Shown here piece after piece: positions 25,375-33,998 of a DNA stretch of 49,271 bases. This stretch comes from Nanobdellota archaeon. Its GTDB lineage: Archaea; Nanobdellota; Nanobdellia; SCGC-AAA011-G17; JACPIM01. Made by a program: the position numbers and the translations under genes. The stretch covers positions 1-49,271 of the forward strand of contig JBBSWN010000013.1 of the NCBI GenBank assembly GCA_038046265.1. The letters run 5' to 3'. Below the pieces are notes generated by a model. That model did not search any database. It saw only the letters and a program-made list of their open reading frames with translations, and was not told the DNA's origin. The stretch's first letter is position 1; each line of letters starts with the position of its first letter.

Positions 25375-27066
25375 ATGGATTATAAAGAGCTTGTAAAATA
25401 TTATGAGGAATTAGAAGGAACTACAAAGAAATTAGAAAAGACTGACATTCTTTCAAAATTGCTAAAAAAGTGCTCTTTAGAGGAATTAGACTTAATTGTT
25501 TATTTAGTACAGGGGAAAGTTTTTCCTGAGTGGGATGAAAGAAAAATTGGATTCAGCTCCAGATTGATGTTAAAAGCCATAAGCTCTGTAACAGGAGTTA
25601 ATAGTGAGGAAGTAGAGAAATTATGGAAGAAAAAAGGAGATCTAGGAACAGTTGTTGAAGAATTAATCGGAAAGAAAAAACAAACTACTTTAGTTTCAAG
25701 AAAATTAGACACTAAAAAAGTTTTTGAAAACATAAGAAAATTAGCTGAATTAGAAGGTGAAGGGACAGTAAACAAGAAAGTGCAACTAGTTGCTGAATTA
25801 TTGAGCAATTCTAATGACAAAGAAGCTAAGTTTATTGTCAGGACTGTTTTAGAAGATTTAAGAGTTGGAGTAAAGGAAGGCATAATTAGAGATGCAATTG
25901 GAAAAGCTTTTGAAAAAAATGTAGATGAGGTAGAAGAAGCATTTAATTTAACTGTTGATTATGGGGAAGTTGCCAAATTAGCAAAGCAAAATAAGTTAAA
26001 AGACATTGAAATAAGGCCTGGAAGACCGGCAAAACTAATGCTTCCTGTACTTGTAAACAGTGTTGATGAAGGTATTGAAGCTTTAGGAAAAACTGTTCAA
26101 GCTGAATTTAAAATGGATGGATTTAGAATTCAGATCCATAAGAACAATAAAGAAATAAAACTGTTTACAAGAAGAATGGAGGATGTTACTAAGCAGTTTC
26201 CAGATGTTGTTGAATTTGTAAAAAAACATGTCAAGGGAGAAAAATTTATTATTGACTGTGAGGCTGTTGGATTGGATAAAAAAACTAACAAGTACATGCC
26301 TTTTCAGAATATTTCACAGAGGATTAAAAGAAAATATGACATTGAGCAGACTGCAAAAGAATTTCCTGTTGAGCTGAATATTTTTGACATTCTTTACTTA
26401 GATGGAAAAGATTTAATGAAACTTCCTTTAATTGAAAGAAGAAAAATTCTTGAAAAAAATGTAAGGGAGAAAAAATGGGAGGTTGTTTTAACAAGAAAAT
26501 TAGTAAGCAGTGATGAGAAAGAGATTTCTGAATTTTTCAATGAATCTCTAAAAGCTGGAAATGAGGGAATTATGCTGAAAAATATTAATTCTTTTTATAT
26601 TCCAGGAAGGTATGTTGAGGGGTGGTGCAAATTAAAAAATGTTCTTGAACCTCTGGACTTAGTTATTGTCGGAGCAACGTGGGGTGAAGGAAAAAGGGCT
26701 GGTGAATTAAGCTCGTATATAGTTGCGTGCAGAGACAAGGATAAATTTTTAGAATGCGGCATGGCAAGCACTGGAATGAAAGAAAAAGAAAATGAAGAAG
26801 GAGATGCAACTTACAAAGAAATGACAAAACTACTAAAACCATTAATTACAAAGGAAGAAGGGAGGACTGTTTTTGTCAAGCCAAAGATAATAATTGAGGT
26901 TGGATATGAAGAAATACAAAAAAGTCCCAGTTATAGTTCTGGTTACGCGCTGAGGTTTCCAAGAGTTTTACGCTTAAGAAATAATGAAAAGACCTTAAGT
27001 GAAATTAACACAATCAAAGATGTCGAGAAAATATACAATTACCAAAGGGGGAAAAAAATAATTTAA
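25375..27066 (+). CDS. lig: ATP-dependent DNA ligase
   Basis: Motif I EFKMDGFRIQIH (KxDGxR), EGIMLK, and WCKLK. ATG at 25375 is preferred to the TTG at 25318 because a TATA-like aaatttataat lies about 25 nt upstream. Confidence 0.9.
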   Translation: MDYKELVKYYEELEGTTKKLEKTDILSKLLKKCSLEELDLIVYLVQGKVFPEWDERKIGFSSRLMLKAISSVTGVNSEEVEKLWKKKGDLGTVVEELIGKKKQTTLVSRKLDTKKVFENIRKLAELEGEGTVNKKVQLVAELLSNSNDKEAKFIVRTVLEDLRVGVKEGIIRDAIGKAFEKNVDEVEEAFNLTVDYGEVAKLAKQNKLKDIEIRPGRPAKLMLPVLVNSVDEGIEALGKTVQAEFKMDGFRIQIHKNNKEIKLFTRRMEDVTKQFPDVVEFVKKHVKGEKFIIDCEAVGLDKKTNKYMPFQNISQRIKRKYDIEQTAKEFPVELNIFDILYLDGKDLMKLPLIERRKILEKNVREKKWEVVLTRKLVSSDEKEISEFFNESLKAGNEGIMLKNINSFYIPGRYVEGWCKLKNVLEPLDLVIVGATWGEGKRAGELSSYIVACRDKDKFLECGMASTGMKEKENEEGDATYKEMTKLLKPLITKEEGRTVFVKPKIIIEVGYEEIQKSPSYSSGYALRFPRVLRLRNNEKTLSEINTIKDVEKIYNYQRGKKII

Positions 27067-27235
27067 AAGAGTAATTTTTCAGTGAAAAAAAATAATTATT
27101 TATCATAATAATCTTTATATAGTAGTTGTGGGTACAAAGTTATAAGTAATTGTATACTTAAGTGAATAAAGGGTGATATACTACATAAGTAGTTAAAATA
27201 AAAAAAGACGGGTGATATCCTGGGAGGGTTTTATA

Positions 27236-28063
27236 ATGATTGTTAAGGATGATTTTTTAAGTAAATTAAGGCAATATTTTGCGCTGAATCTTTATGAAGT
27301 TAGAATTTGGACAGCGCTTCTTTCTCGTGGTGTTTCTACAGCAGGTGAATTAAGTGATATTGGTAATGTTCCTAGGTCCAGAGCATATGATGTTCTTGAA
27401 AGTCTTGAAAAAAAAGGTTTTGTGGTAATGAAATTAGGAAAGCCAATAAAATATTTGGCTGTTGAACCTCAAGAAGTTGTTGGAAGAGTCAAGAAATTAG
27501 TCAGAATAGATTCTGACAACAAAATCAAGAAATTAGAGGAACTAAAAGACGGGGATGTTTTAGGAGAATTAAATTTATTGTTCAAACAAGGCATTGAATT
27601 TGTTGAAGCAACAGACTTATCAGGAGCAATTAGAGGGAGACACAATTTGTACACTCACATGGAATGCATGATAAAGAATGCAAAGAAAAGCGTTACAATC
27701 ATGACAACATCAAAAGGAGTTTTGAGAAAAATAGAAGCTTTAAAGCCAGAGCTTGAAAGGCTGGCTAAAAAAAGTATCAGCATAAGAATAGCTGCTCCAA
27801 TTACAAAAGAAAATTTAAGCGTTGCTCAGGATATTTCCAAATTTGCAGAAGTAAAAAACAATGACGGAATTAAAGCAAGATTTATTTTAGTTGACAGCAA
27901 GGAATTAATGTTTATGGCATTAGATGATGAAGAAGTTCATCCCAGCTATGACTTGGGAATATGGGTAAACACTCCTTATTTCACTACAGCTTTAGAGACA
28001 ATGTTTAACTCTGCTTGGAAAGACTTAGAGACATTGAACAAGGCGAGTTCAAGAATTAAATAA
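27236..28063 (+). CDS. TrmB-family transcriptional regulator
   Basis: N-terminal winged helix LNLYEVRIWTALLSRGVSTAGELSDIGNVPRSRAYDVLESLEKKGFV. The ATG at 27236 has a GGGAGGG SD 8 nt upstream. Confidence 0.8.
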   Translation: MIVKDDFLSKLRQYFALNLYEVRIWTALLSRGVSTAGELSDIGNVPRSRAYDVLESLEKKGFVVMKLGKPIKYLAVEPQEVVGRVKKLVRIDSDNKIKKLEELKDGDVLGELNLLFKQGIEFVEATDLSGAIRGRHNLYTHMECMIKNAKKSVTIMTTSKGVLRKIEALKPELERLAKKSISIRIAAPITKENLSVAQDISKFAEVKNNDGIKARFILVDSKELMFMALDDEEVHPSYDLGIWVNTPYFTTALETMFNSAWKDLETLNKASSRIK

Positions 28064-28081
28064 TTCTTTTTATTTTTAATT

Positions 28082-28522
28082 ATGCCAGAATTTATTCAGG
28101 TTTTCACAAAAATAGAATTAACAGAAAAAGAAGTCAAAGCTATTGAGAGAATTTATGGCATGGAAAAGATGGAAGTGAGTAAAGGTTTTTTGGATAAATT
28201 ATTTTCTTTTTTCTCATCCAAAGAAAATGGAAGAAGCGAGGCTGTTGATATTTTTGAGAAAGAGATTTACAGATTAAGACAAATGAGAATAAGACTACAA
28301 GGAGTTTTATTTGAGAACAGGGATCCAGAGAGTCTTACAAAAGGAGAATTTATAGAAATTGCAAGTGCAATTGAGAATTTAAAAAGACAAGTTGACAATA
28401 TAAAGAAAAGAAAAAGCATGTTAGTGAAAATTATAGGTGAAAGCAAGTTTCTTAAAGAACTAGGGGGGGAGATAAAATCGAGCTTAAGCGCCTTGGTAAG
28501 CGCAAAGAAGTTTTCAATTTAG
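28082..28522 (+). CDS. hypothetical coiled-coil protein
   Basis: A 146-aa ORF 18 nt downstream of the TrmB-family gene, with no recognisable motif. Confidence 0.45.
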   Translation: MPEFIQVFTKIELTEKEVKAIERIYGMEKMEVSKGFLDKLFSFFSSKENGRSEAVDIFEKEIYRLRQMRIRLQGVLFENRDPESLTKGEFIEIASAIENLKRQVDNIKKRKSMLVKIIGESKFLKELGGEIKSSLSALVSAKKFSI

Positions 28523-28523
28523 A

Positions 28524-29300
28524 TTAAAATTTTAATTTTCCTTTCTGCCAGTCATTAATAACCATTCTCGCTGCTGATTCAATGTCTAATTCGCCTTTCT
28601 TTTTTAACTTCTTTTTTGCTTCTGCTATTTGTTCCAAAACTTCTTCTGGTTTTTGCTTTGGTTTTATGGAGTATTTTTTTTCAAGCAGTTTTTTGTTTTT
28701 TTGCAAAATAGTAGAAATGAGTTGAACAGCAACTGTTTCAGGATCTTGAATTGATGTCAAGGTTGCTTTCATTGCCAGATCAGCCTCACTTCTTTCCTGC
28801 AAAGGAATCACTCCGGGAGTATCAATTAACTTGAAATTCCTGCTTAATTTTATCCACTGTATTCCTCTTGTGAAACCTGCAACTGGGCTTGTTCTTGCTG
28901 ATTTTTTTCCTACCAAATAATTTATAACTGAAGATTTGCCGGTGTTTGGGTAACCTACTACACCGATTGTCATTGGCCGCTTTTTAACTAATCTTGTTAT
29001 TGTCTTTATCAACCTCACTTTTCCACGCCTTTCCCTGCATGAGATTGGAGCAACAGCAGCAAATTTACTTAATTCGTCAAAAGCTTCCTGCAATTTAGTC
29101 AAAGAAACCAAGTCTGATTTATTCAAAATAAAAATGAACTTTTTTCTATATGCTCTTAATTTTTCCTCAATTTTAGGATTTCTAGTTTCATTATAAAATC
29201 TTGAATCCAATATATTCAAAATAATGTCTGATTTTCTCAATATTTCATCAACAAGATCCCAATATCTTCTCTTCACTTCCCTCCAGTCTTTAGCTACCAT
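28524..29300 (-). CDS. circularly permuted GTPase (YlqF/RbgA/Nug-like ribosome biogenesis GTPase)
   Basis: The G motifs occur in permuted order: NKSDL (G4), then GYPNTGKSS (G1), then DTPG (G3). Confidence 0.8.
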   Translation of the reverse strand: MVAKDWREVKRRYWDLVDEILRKSDIILNILDSRFYNETRNPKIEEKLRAYRKKFIFILNKSDLVSLTKLQEAFDELSKFAAVAPISCRERRGKVRLIKTITRLVKKRPMTIGVVGYPNTGKSSVINYLVGKKSARTSPVAGFTRGIQWIKLSRNFKLIDTPGVIPLQERSEADLAMKATLTSIQDPETVAVQLISTILQKNKKLLEKKYSIKPKQKPEEVLEQIAEAKKKLKKKGELDIESAARMVINDWQKGKLKF

Positions 29301-29330
29301 GTAAAAAGCAAAGAATTCAGGGTTTATAAA

Positions 29331-29723
29331 TTATAATTTTAATTCAATTCCCCTTCTATAATCCCGCATATTTTTTAAACTTGGAAAAGAAAAATACCAG
29401 TTTCTTCCTCTGTAAGACATATATAGTGAGGCTGTCACTTTATCACTTAAAGATAATCTAGAAAACAAGTTTTTTGAGACAACTCTGGTGAACAGGGGGT
29501 AAGTTTCTTTTTTGTCTCCAGATTCGGAATCATTCCTTGTGTAAGGCTGAACAGGATCAAGAAACTGAAAACAGACTAGATAAACAGGATTTCCAGACTT
29601 ATTTTTGTCTTGGCTTTTTCCAACAACTGTTACATCAAAACCAGATTTTTTGAACTTTTTTCCAGTTTCCTCGTCTTCAAACCAAGCTGCTTTTTTCTTT
29701 CTTCTTAAATTTAATTTTAGCAT
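29331..29723 (-). CDS. hypothetical basic protein
   Basis: A 130-aa ORF with no recognisable motif. Confidence 0.4.
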   Translation of the reverse strand: MLKLNLRRKKKAAWFEDEETGKKFKKSGFDVTVVGKSQDKNKSGNPVYLVCFQFLDPVQPYTRNDSESGDKKETYPLFTRVVSKNLFSRLSLSDKVTASLYMSYRGRNWYFSFPSLKNMRDYRRGIELKL

Positions 29724-29812
29724 ATTTTTGAGTAAGGTATAGCTTTTTAAAGATTATCCTGCGAGCTTGGAAATAAAAAAGGTTTTAAAAGAGATTTTAT
29801 AAATAATAACAC

Positions 29813-30889
29813 ATGGTAGATGAAATATTTCAAAAATTTACAGAAGATGACATAAAAAGTTATGAAAAATCAGGGTATAAACTGGTAGGAAAAAACAAGC
29901 ACTCAGCAGTCCAGTTATGCAGGTGGACTAAAAGCAAAATTAAAAACAAGAAAAACTGCTATAAATCAGTTTATGGCATTAAGTCCCATAGATGCATCCA
30001 ATTTACTCCGACCTTGGATTTCTGTGATTTTTCATGTACTTTTTGCTGGCGTTCTTTTGGAAAAGACAGATTTAAATCAGAAAACAAGTGGGATTCTCCT
30101 TCTGAATTAATTGACGAAATGATTTTGGCTCAAAGAAAATTAATCTCTGGTTTTGGGGGTGATAAAGAAGTTACTAAGCAAAGTTTTGCAGAGGCAAATG
30201 ACCCCCACCATGTTGCAATTTCTTTAGATGGGGAGCCAACTTTATACCCTCAAATAGCAGACCTAATTAAGGAAATTAAGAACAGGAATATGACTGTCTT
30301 TATAGTGACAAACGGGACAATGCCAAACAGAGTAAAAGAATTATATGAAAAAGAAGCTGAGCCTGACAATTTATCTATAAGTGTTTATGCAACAAACAAA
30401 GAAAATTATAAGAAAATAACAAATTCTTTTATTGAGAATGAATTTGAAAAAGTTTTAGAAACTCTAGATTTAATGAAAAACTTCAAAACTGCAAGAACTA
30501 TCATGAGAACTACAATAGTAAAAGGATTAAATGATGGCAATGCAGAAGAGTTTTCAAATTTAATAAATAAATTCAAGCCAAAATTTGTACAATTAAAAGG
30601 ATATTCATGGTTGGGGGAAAGTAAAAAAAGACTAAAATTAAGCAACATGCCTGAAATGAAAGAAATAGAAAATTATGGAAAAACAATACAAGAAAAAACA
30701 AATTATATTCCAAAATTAAAAGACCCTGTCAGCAGAGTAATTATTTTTGTAAAGGATGAAGAAACATGGCTTTGGAACAAGGAAAAAAACAAAGAGCAGG
30801 ATGAAAGACTAAGCAAAAGGCCTGAATCAAATTTCCAGACAAAAAAAGTCCTGAAAGGCAAACTTTTTAAGGAGCTGGCAAGAACTTAA
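29813..30889 (+). CDS. taw1: tRNA 4-demethylwyosine synthase (radical SAM, Taw1/TYW1)
   Basis: Radical-SAM cluster CDFSCTFCW plus three upstream Cys (LCRW...NCYK...HRCIQ) for the auxiliary cluster; AISLDGEPTLYP. Confidence 0.85.
   Translation: MVDEIFQKFTEDDIKSYEKSGYKLVGKNKHSAVQLCRWTKSKIKNKKNCYKSVYGIKSHRCIQFTPTLDFCDFSCTFCWRSFGKDRFKSENKWDSPSELIDEMILAQRKLISGFGGDKEVTKQSFAEANDPHHVAISLDGEPTLYPQIADLIKEIKNRNMTVFIVTNGTMPNRVKELYEKEAEPDNLSISVYATNKENYKKITNSFIENEFEKVLETLDLMKNFKTARTIMRTTIVKGLNDGNAEEFSNLINKFKPKFVQLKGYSWLGESKKRLKLSNMPEMKEIENYGKTIQEKTNYIPKLKDPVSRVIIFVKDEETWLWNKEKNKEQDERLSKRPESNFQTKKVLKGKLFKELART
30858..30872 (+). promoter_or_regulatory. candidate BRE/TATA for tRNA-Phe, embedded in the taw1 3' coding end
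   Basis: gcaaactttttaagg lies about 30-35 nt upstream of the tRNA 5' end. Only 8 nt separate the taw1 stop from the tRNA. Confidence 0.35.
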
Positions 30890-30897
30890 TTTTATAA

Positions 30898-31006
30898 GGG
30901 CTCGTAGCTTAGCCTGAACCTTTTTGGCATTGTTTCCAAAAAGATGGCTTGGGAGAGCACTACGCTGAAGCCGTAGGTATCGGCGGTTCAAATCCGCCCG
31001 AGCCCA
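30898..31006 (+). tRNA. tRNA-Phe(GAA) with a 35-nt intron in the D-loop (about 30915..30949)
   Basis: GGGCUCG/CGAGCCC acceptor stem, and GCUU...GAGC D-stem separated by 44 nt. The anticodon arm CUACG-CUGAAGC-CGUAG (G37 present) and T-arm GGCGG-UUCAAAU-CCGCC are intact; discriminator A. The insert contains a perfect CUUUUUGG/CCAAAAAG hairpin. Confidence 0.85.
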
Positions 31007-31014
31007 TTTTCTTT

Positions 31015-31030
31015 AAGAAAATTTAAATAG
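31015..31030 (+). promoter_or_regulatory. BRE/TATA promoter with leaderless geometry for the 31051 ORF
   Basis: aagaaaatttaaatag; the TATA starts about 29 nt before the ATG at 31051. Confidence 0.4.
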
Positions 31031-31050
31031 TCTAAAACTAAATTATTTTT

Positions 31051-31299
31051 ATGCAAAAAGAGGGTAAAATTACAAATCCTAAAGAAATTGCAGATCTTGT
31101 TGATTCTGGCAAGCTTAATCTTAGGGATTTTTTAGGATTAAAATCTGCAGATACTGAAACAGTAGTTAATGAATTCCTACAAAGAGGATATAATATTGAT
31201 GTAACTTATGATAAAGAAGGAAAACCAATAAGTTATGGCATGGCTAGGCCATTTTCAAAAGCAGCTTTACAAGTAGCTGGAATTTGTTCTGCGGAATAA
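31051..31299 (+). CDS. hypothetical protein
   Basis: An 82-aa ORF with a matching promoter geometry and no recognisable motif. Confidence 0.45.
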   Translation: MQKEGKITNPKEIADLVDSGKLNLRDFLGLKSADTETVVNEFLQRGYNIDVTYDKEGKPISYGMARPFSKAALQVAGICSAE

Positions 31300-31334
31300 A
31301 AATATTTATAATATCAACAAATATCTAAAAATCA

Positions 31335-31874
31335 ATGCAAAAAAAGAGTTTAAGCAAAAAAGCAGCTATTGAGCTTTCTATGACTACTATTATTGTCATT
31401 ATAATTGGCATTACATTATTAAGCTTGGGTTTATTATGGGTAAGAGGGACTTTTAAGGACATAACAAGGCTTTCAGGAGATGCTTTTAAGCAAGCTGATG
31501 GAGCAATATCGGATATTTTTGAAGAAGTTGACAGAGCTGTTTATGTTTCTCCACCATCAGTAGACTTAGAACAAGGATCAGCTAAAACAGCACAATTTAG
31601 GATTACTAATTTTGAGCAAGAACAATTAAAGGCAAAGGCAACTGTTCAGAGCTCTGATGGAAAAATAAGCTGCTTGTTTGCTGACACTTTTAAAGCAGAA
31701 TCAAAAGAATACACTTTAGAATCTGGAAAAACAGTTGAAATAAAAGTTATCGTAGAAGACAAAGGATCTTCATTAGGAATAAAAGGTTGTAATTTTGATG
31801 TTCCTTCTGTTAAAAATTCTAATTCAGATTCTCTTATAGTAGCAGTAGTCAAAAAACAAGGCGTATTTGGATAA
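31335..31874 (+). CDS. putative archaeal type IV pilin-like protein (class III signal peptide)
   Basis: A basic N-terminus KKSLSKKAA is followed by IELSMTTIIVIIIGITLLSLGLLW, then a beta-rich soluble domain. Confidence 0.5.
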   Translation: MQKKSLSKKAAIELSMTTIIVIIIGITLLSLGLLWVRGTFKDITRLSGDAFKQADGAISDIFEEVDRAVYVSPPSVDLEQGSAKTAQFRITNFEQEQLKAKATVQSSDGKISCLFADTFKAESKEYTLESGKTVEIKVIVEDKGSSLGIKGCNFDVPSVKNSNSDSLIVAVVKKQGVFG

Positions 31875-31904
31875 AATTATAAATATTAATTTTCTTTAAA
31901 TTAT

Positions 31905-33260
31905 ATGCAATTACAGATTTACAACACATTAACAAGGAAAAAAGAAGTTTTTAAGCCATTAAAGGGAAATAAAATAAATTTATTCTGTTGTGGCCCAACA
32001 ACGTATGGGTTTATTCATATTGGAAATGCATGCACTTATACTAGGTTTGATTTTATTGTAAAATATCTAAGATATAGAAAATTCAATGTTTTTTACTTGA
32101 TGAATATTACTGATATAGATGATAAGATAATTAAAAAAGCAAAAGAAGAAAATACTGATTGGAAATCAGTTACAAAAAAGTATGAAAAAGCTTTTTACGA
32201 AGATATAAAAATTTTGGGAATAGACTCAGCTGATAAATTTGCTAATGCAACAGACTATATTCCTGAAATAGTTTCCCAGGTAAAGAGACTTGTTTCTAAT
32301 TATTATGGCTATAAAATATCTGATGGTTATTACTTTGATGCTTCTAAATTTAAGGAATATGGAAAACTGGCTAAAAGAACATATACAGAAGCAGATGACG
32401 GAGTGTCCAGGATTGATGAAAACCCAGAAAAAAGAAATAAAGCAGATTTTTGCTTGTGGAAATTTAAAAAAGGAAATGATCCTTTCTGGGAAACTGAATT
32501 AGGCGCAGGAAGACCAGGATGGCATATTGAAGATACAGCAATTACAGAAAAGTTCTTTGGCCCCCAATATGATATTCATGGCGGCGGTTCTGATCTAATT
32601 TTTCCTCATCATGAAGCAGAGATTGCACAAATGGAATCTATTTCTGGAAAACCTTTGGTAAGATATTGGATGCACGCTGGCATGATAAATATGAATGAAA
32701 GAAAAATGTCTAAGTCTTTAGGAAATATAGTTTCGGCTAGAGATTTATTGAGTAAATATGGCTCTAAATTAATCAGATATTTATTTTTATCCAATCATTA
32801 CAGATCACAGTTAGGATTTTCAGAAGAGATAATGAATGATATTAAAAATTCGCTTCAAAGAATCCAGGAATTTATATTAAAATTAAAAAAAGGAAAAGAT
32901 ACAAAAGAATCTGATAAATTACTGAAAAAGGCTAAGGAAAAATTTATACAAGAATTGGATGATGATTTAAACACACCACAAGCTCTAGCAGTTTTATTTA
33001 ATCTAATTAGAGATTTAAACAAAATTAAGAGTGGTGGGAAGAGAGTTTTAAAATTTTTTGAAGAAATAAATGAATTTTTTGGGTTCTTAGAATTTAAGGA
33101 AGAAAAAATCCCAGAAGAAATAAAAGATCTAGTGCAAAAAAGGGAAAAAGCAAGGAAAGAAAATAACTTTAAAGAAGCAGACAAATTAAGAAATTTAATA
33201 AAGGAAAAGGGCTATTTAATAGAAGACACAAGCGGTAAAACCATTGTAAAAAGGCTTTAA
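31905..33260 (+). CDS. cysS: cysteinyl-tRNA synthetase
   Basis: CGPTTYGFIHIGNA (HIGH), GWHIEDTA, and KMSKSLGN. Confidence 0.95.
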   Translation: MQLQIYNTLTRKKEVFKPLKGNKINLFCCGPTTYGFIHIGNACTYTRFDFIVKYLRYRKFNVFYLMNITDIDDKIIKKAKEENTDWKSVTKKYEKAFYEDIKILGIDSADKFANATDYIPEIVSQVKRLVSNYYGYKISDGYYFDASKFKEYGKLAKRTYTEADDGVSRIDENPEKRNKADFCLWKFKKGNDPFWETELGAGRPGWHIEDTAITEKFFGPQYDIHGGGSDLIFPHHEAEIAQMESISGKPLVRYWMHAGMINMNERKMSKSLGNIVSARDLLSKYGSKLIRYLFLSNHYRSQLGFSEEIMNDIKNSLQRIQEFILKLKKGKDTKESDKLLKKAKEKFIQELDDDLNTPQALAVLFNLIRDLNKIKSGGKRVLKFFEEINEFFGFLEFKEEKIPEEIKDLVQKREKARKENNFKEADKLRNLIKEKGYLIEDTSGKTIVKRL

Positions 33261-33338
33261 ACAGCTTAATCCTCTGCCATTTATAAACAAGAAGCTTTAT
33301 AAATACAATTTCTCATTTATAAATAAACAAGAGTAAAA

Positions 33339-33890
33339 ATGGCTAAAAAAGAAATAAAAATTCAAAACATAGTTGCTTCAGCTTCTTTAGGTCATGATAT
33401 TCCTTTAATAAAATTAGCAGAAGCATTGCCAAACACAGAGTATAATCCTGAACAGTTTCCTGGCTTGGTAATGAGAATAAAAGAACCTAAAACATCTGCC
33501 TTAATCTTTAGTTCTGGAAAAATTGTTTGCACAGGCGCAAAATCAATGGCAAAAGTTAAGCTAGCTGTTCATGCAATAATAAAAAACATTGAAAAGATAA
33601 GGATAAAGATTACTACTTTTCCACAAATTAAAGTTCAAAACATGGTTGCATCTGGCTCAATACACATGGACTTAAACTTAAACTCATTAGCATTAGAACT
33701 GGAAAACACAGAATATGAACCAGAGCAGTTTCCAGGCCTTGTTTACAAGCTTTCAGGAACAAGAGCAACATTTTTGCTATTCAGCAATGGAAAAATAGTG
33801 TGTACAGGAACAAGAAGTGAATCAAAATTAAGGGAAGCAGTAGACTTATTAGTAAAAAACTTAAGCAAGATAGTAAAAAAATCAAAATAA
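33339..33890 (+). CDS. tbp: TATA-box binding protein
   Basis: Two TBP repeats, IQNIVASASL...YNPEQFPGLVMRI and VQNMVASGSI...YEPEQFPGLVYKL. Confidence 0.95.
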   Translation: MAKKEIKIQNIVASASLGHDIPLIKLAEALPNTEYNPEQFPGLVMRIKEPKTSALIFSSGKIVCTGAKSMAKVKLAVHAIIKNIEKIRIKITTFPQIKVQNMVASGSIHMDLNLNSLALELENTEYEPEQFPGLVYKLSGTRATFLLFSNGKIVCTGTRSESKLREAVDLLVKNLSKIVKKSK

Positions 33891-33913
33891 TTCTCCGAAA
33901 GATTTCCGATACA

Positions 33914-33930
33914 ATAGCTATATAAATAAG
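33914..33930 (+). promoter_or_regulatory. TATA box upstream of mcm
   Basis: atagctatataaataag lies about 70 nt before the mcm start, implying a 5' UTR of about 45 nt that contains the GTGAAGCTTTTTTTCTAAAAAAG element. Confidence 0.45.
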
Positions 33931-33998
33931 TTCAAGCACTAATTATTGTCAATCTTTTTTGTGAAGCTTTTTTTCTAAAAAAGATTTAGGGGGAAAAG

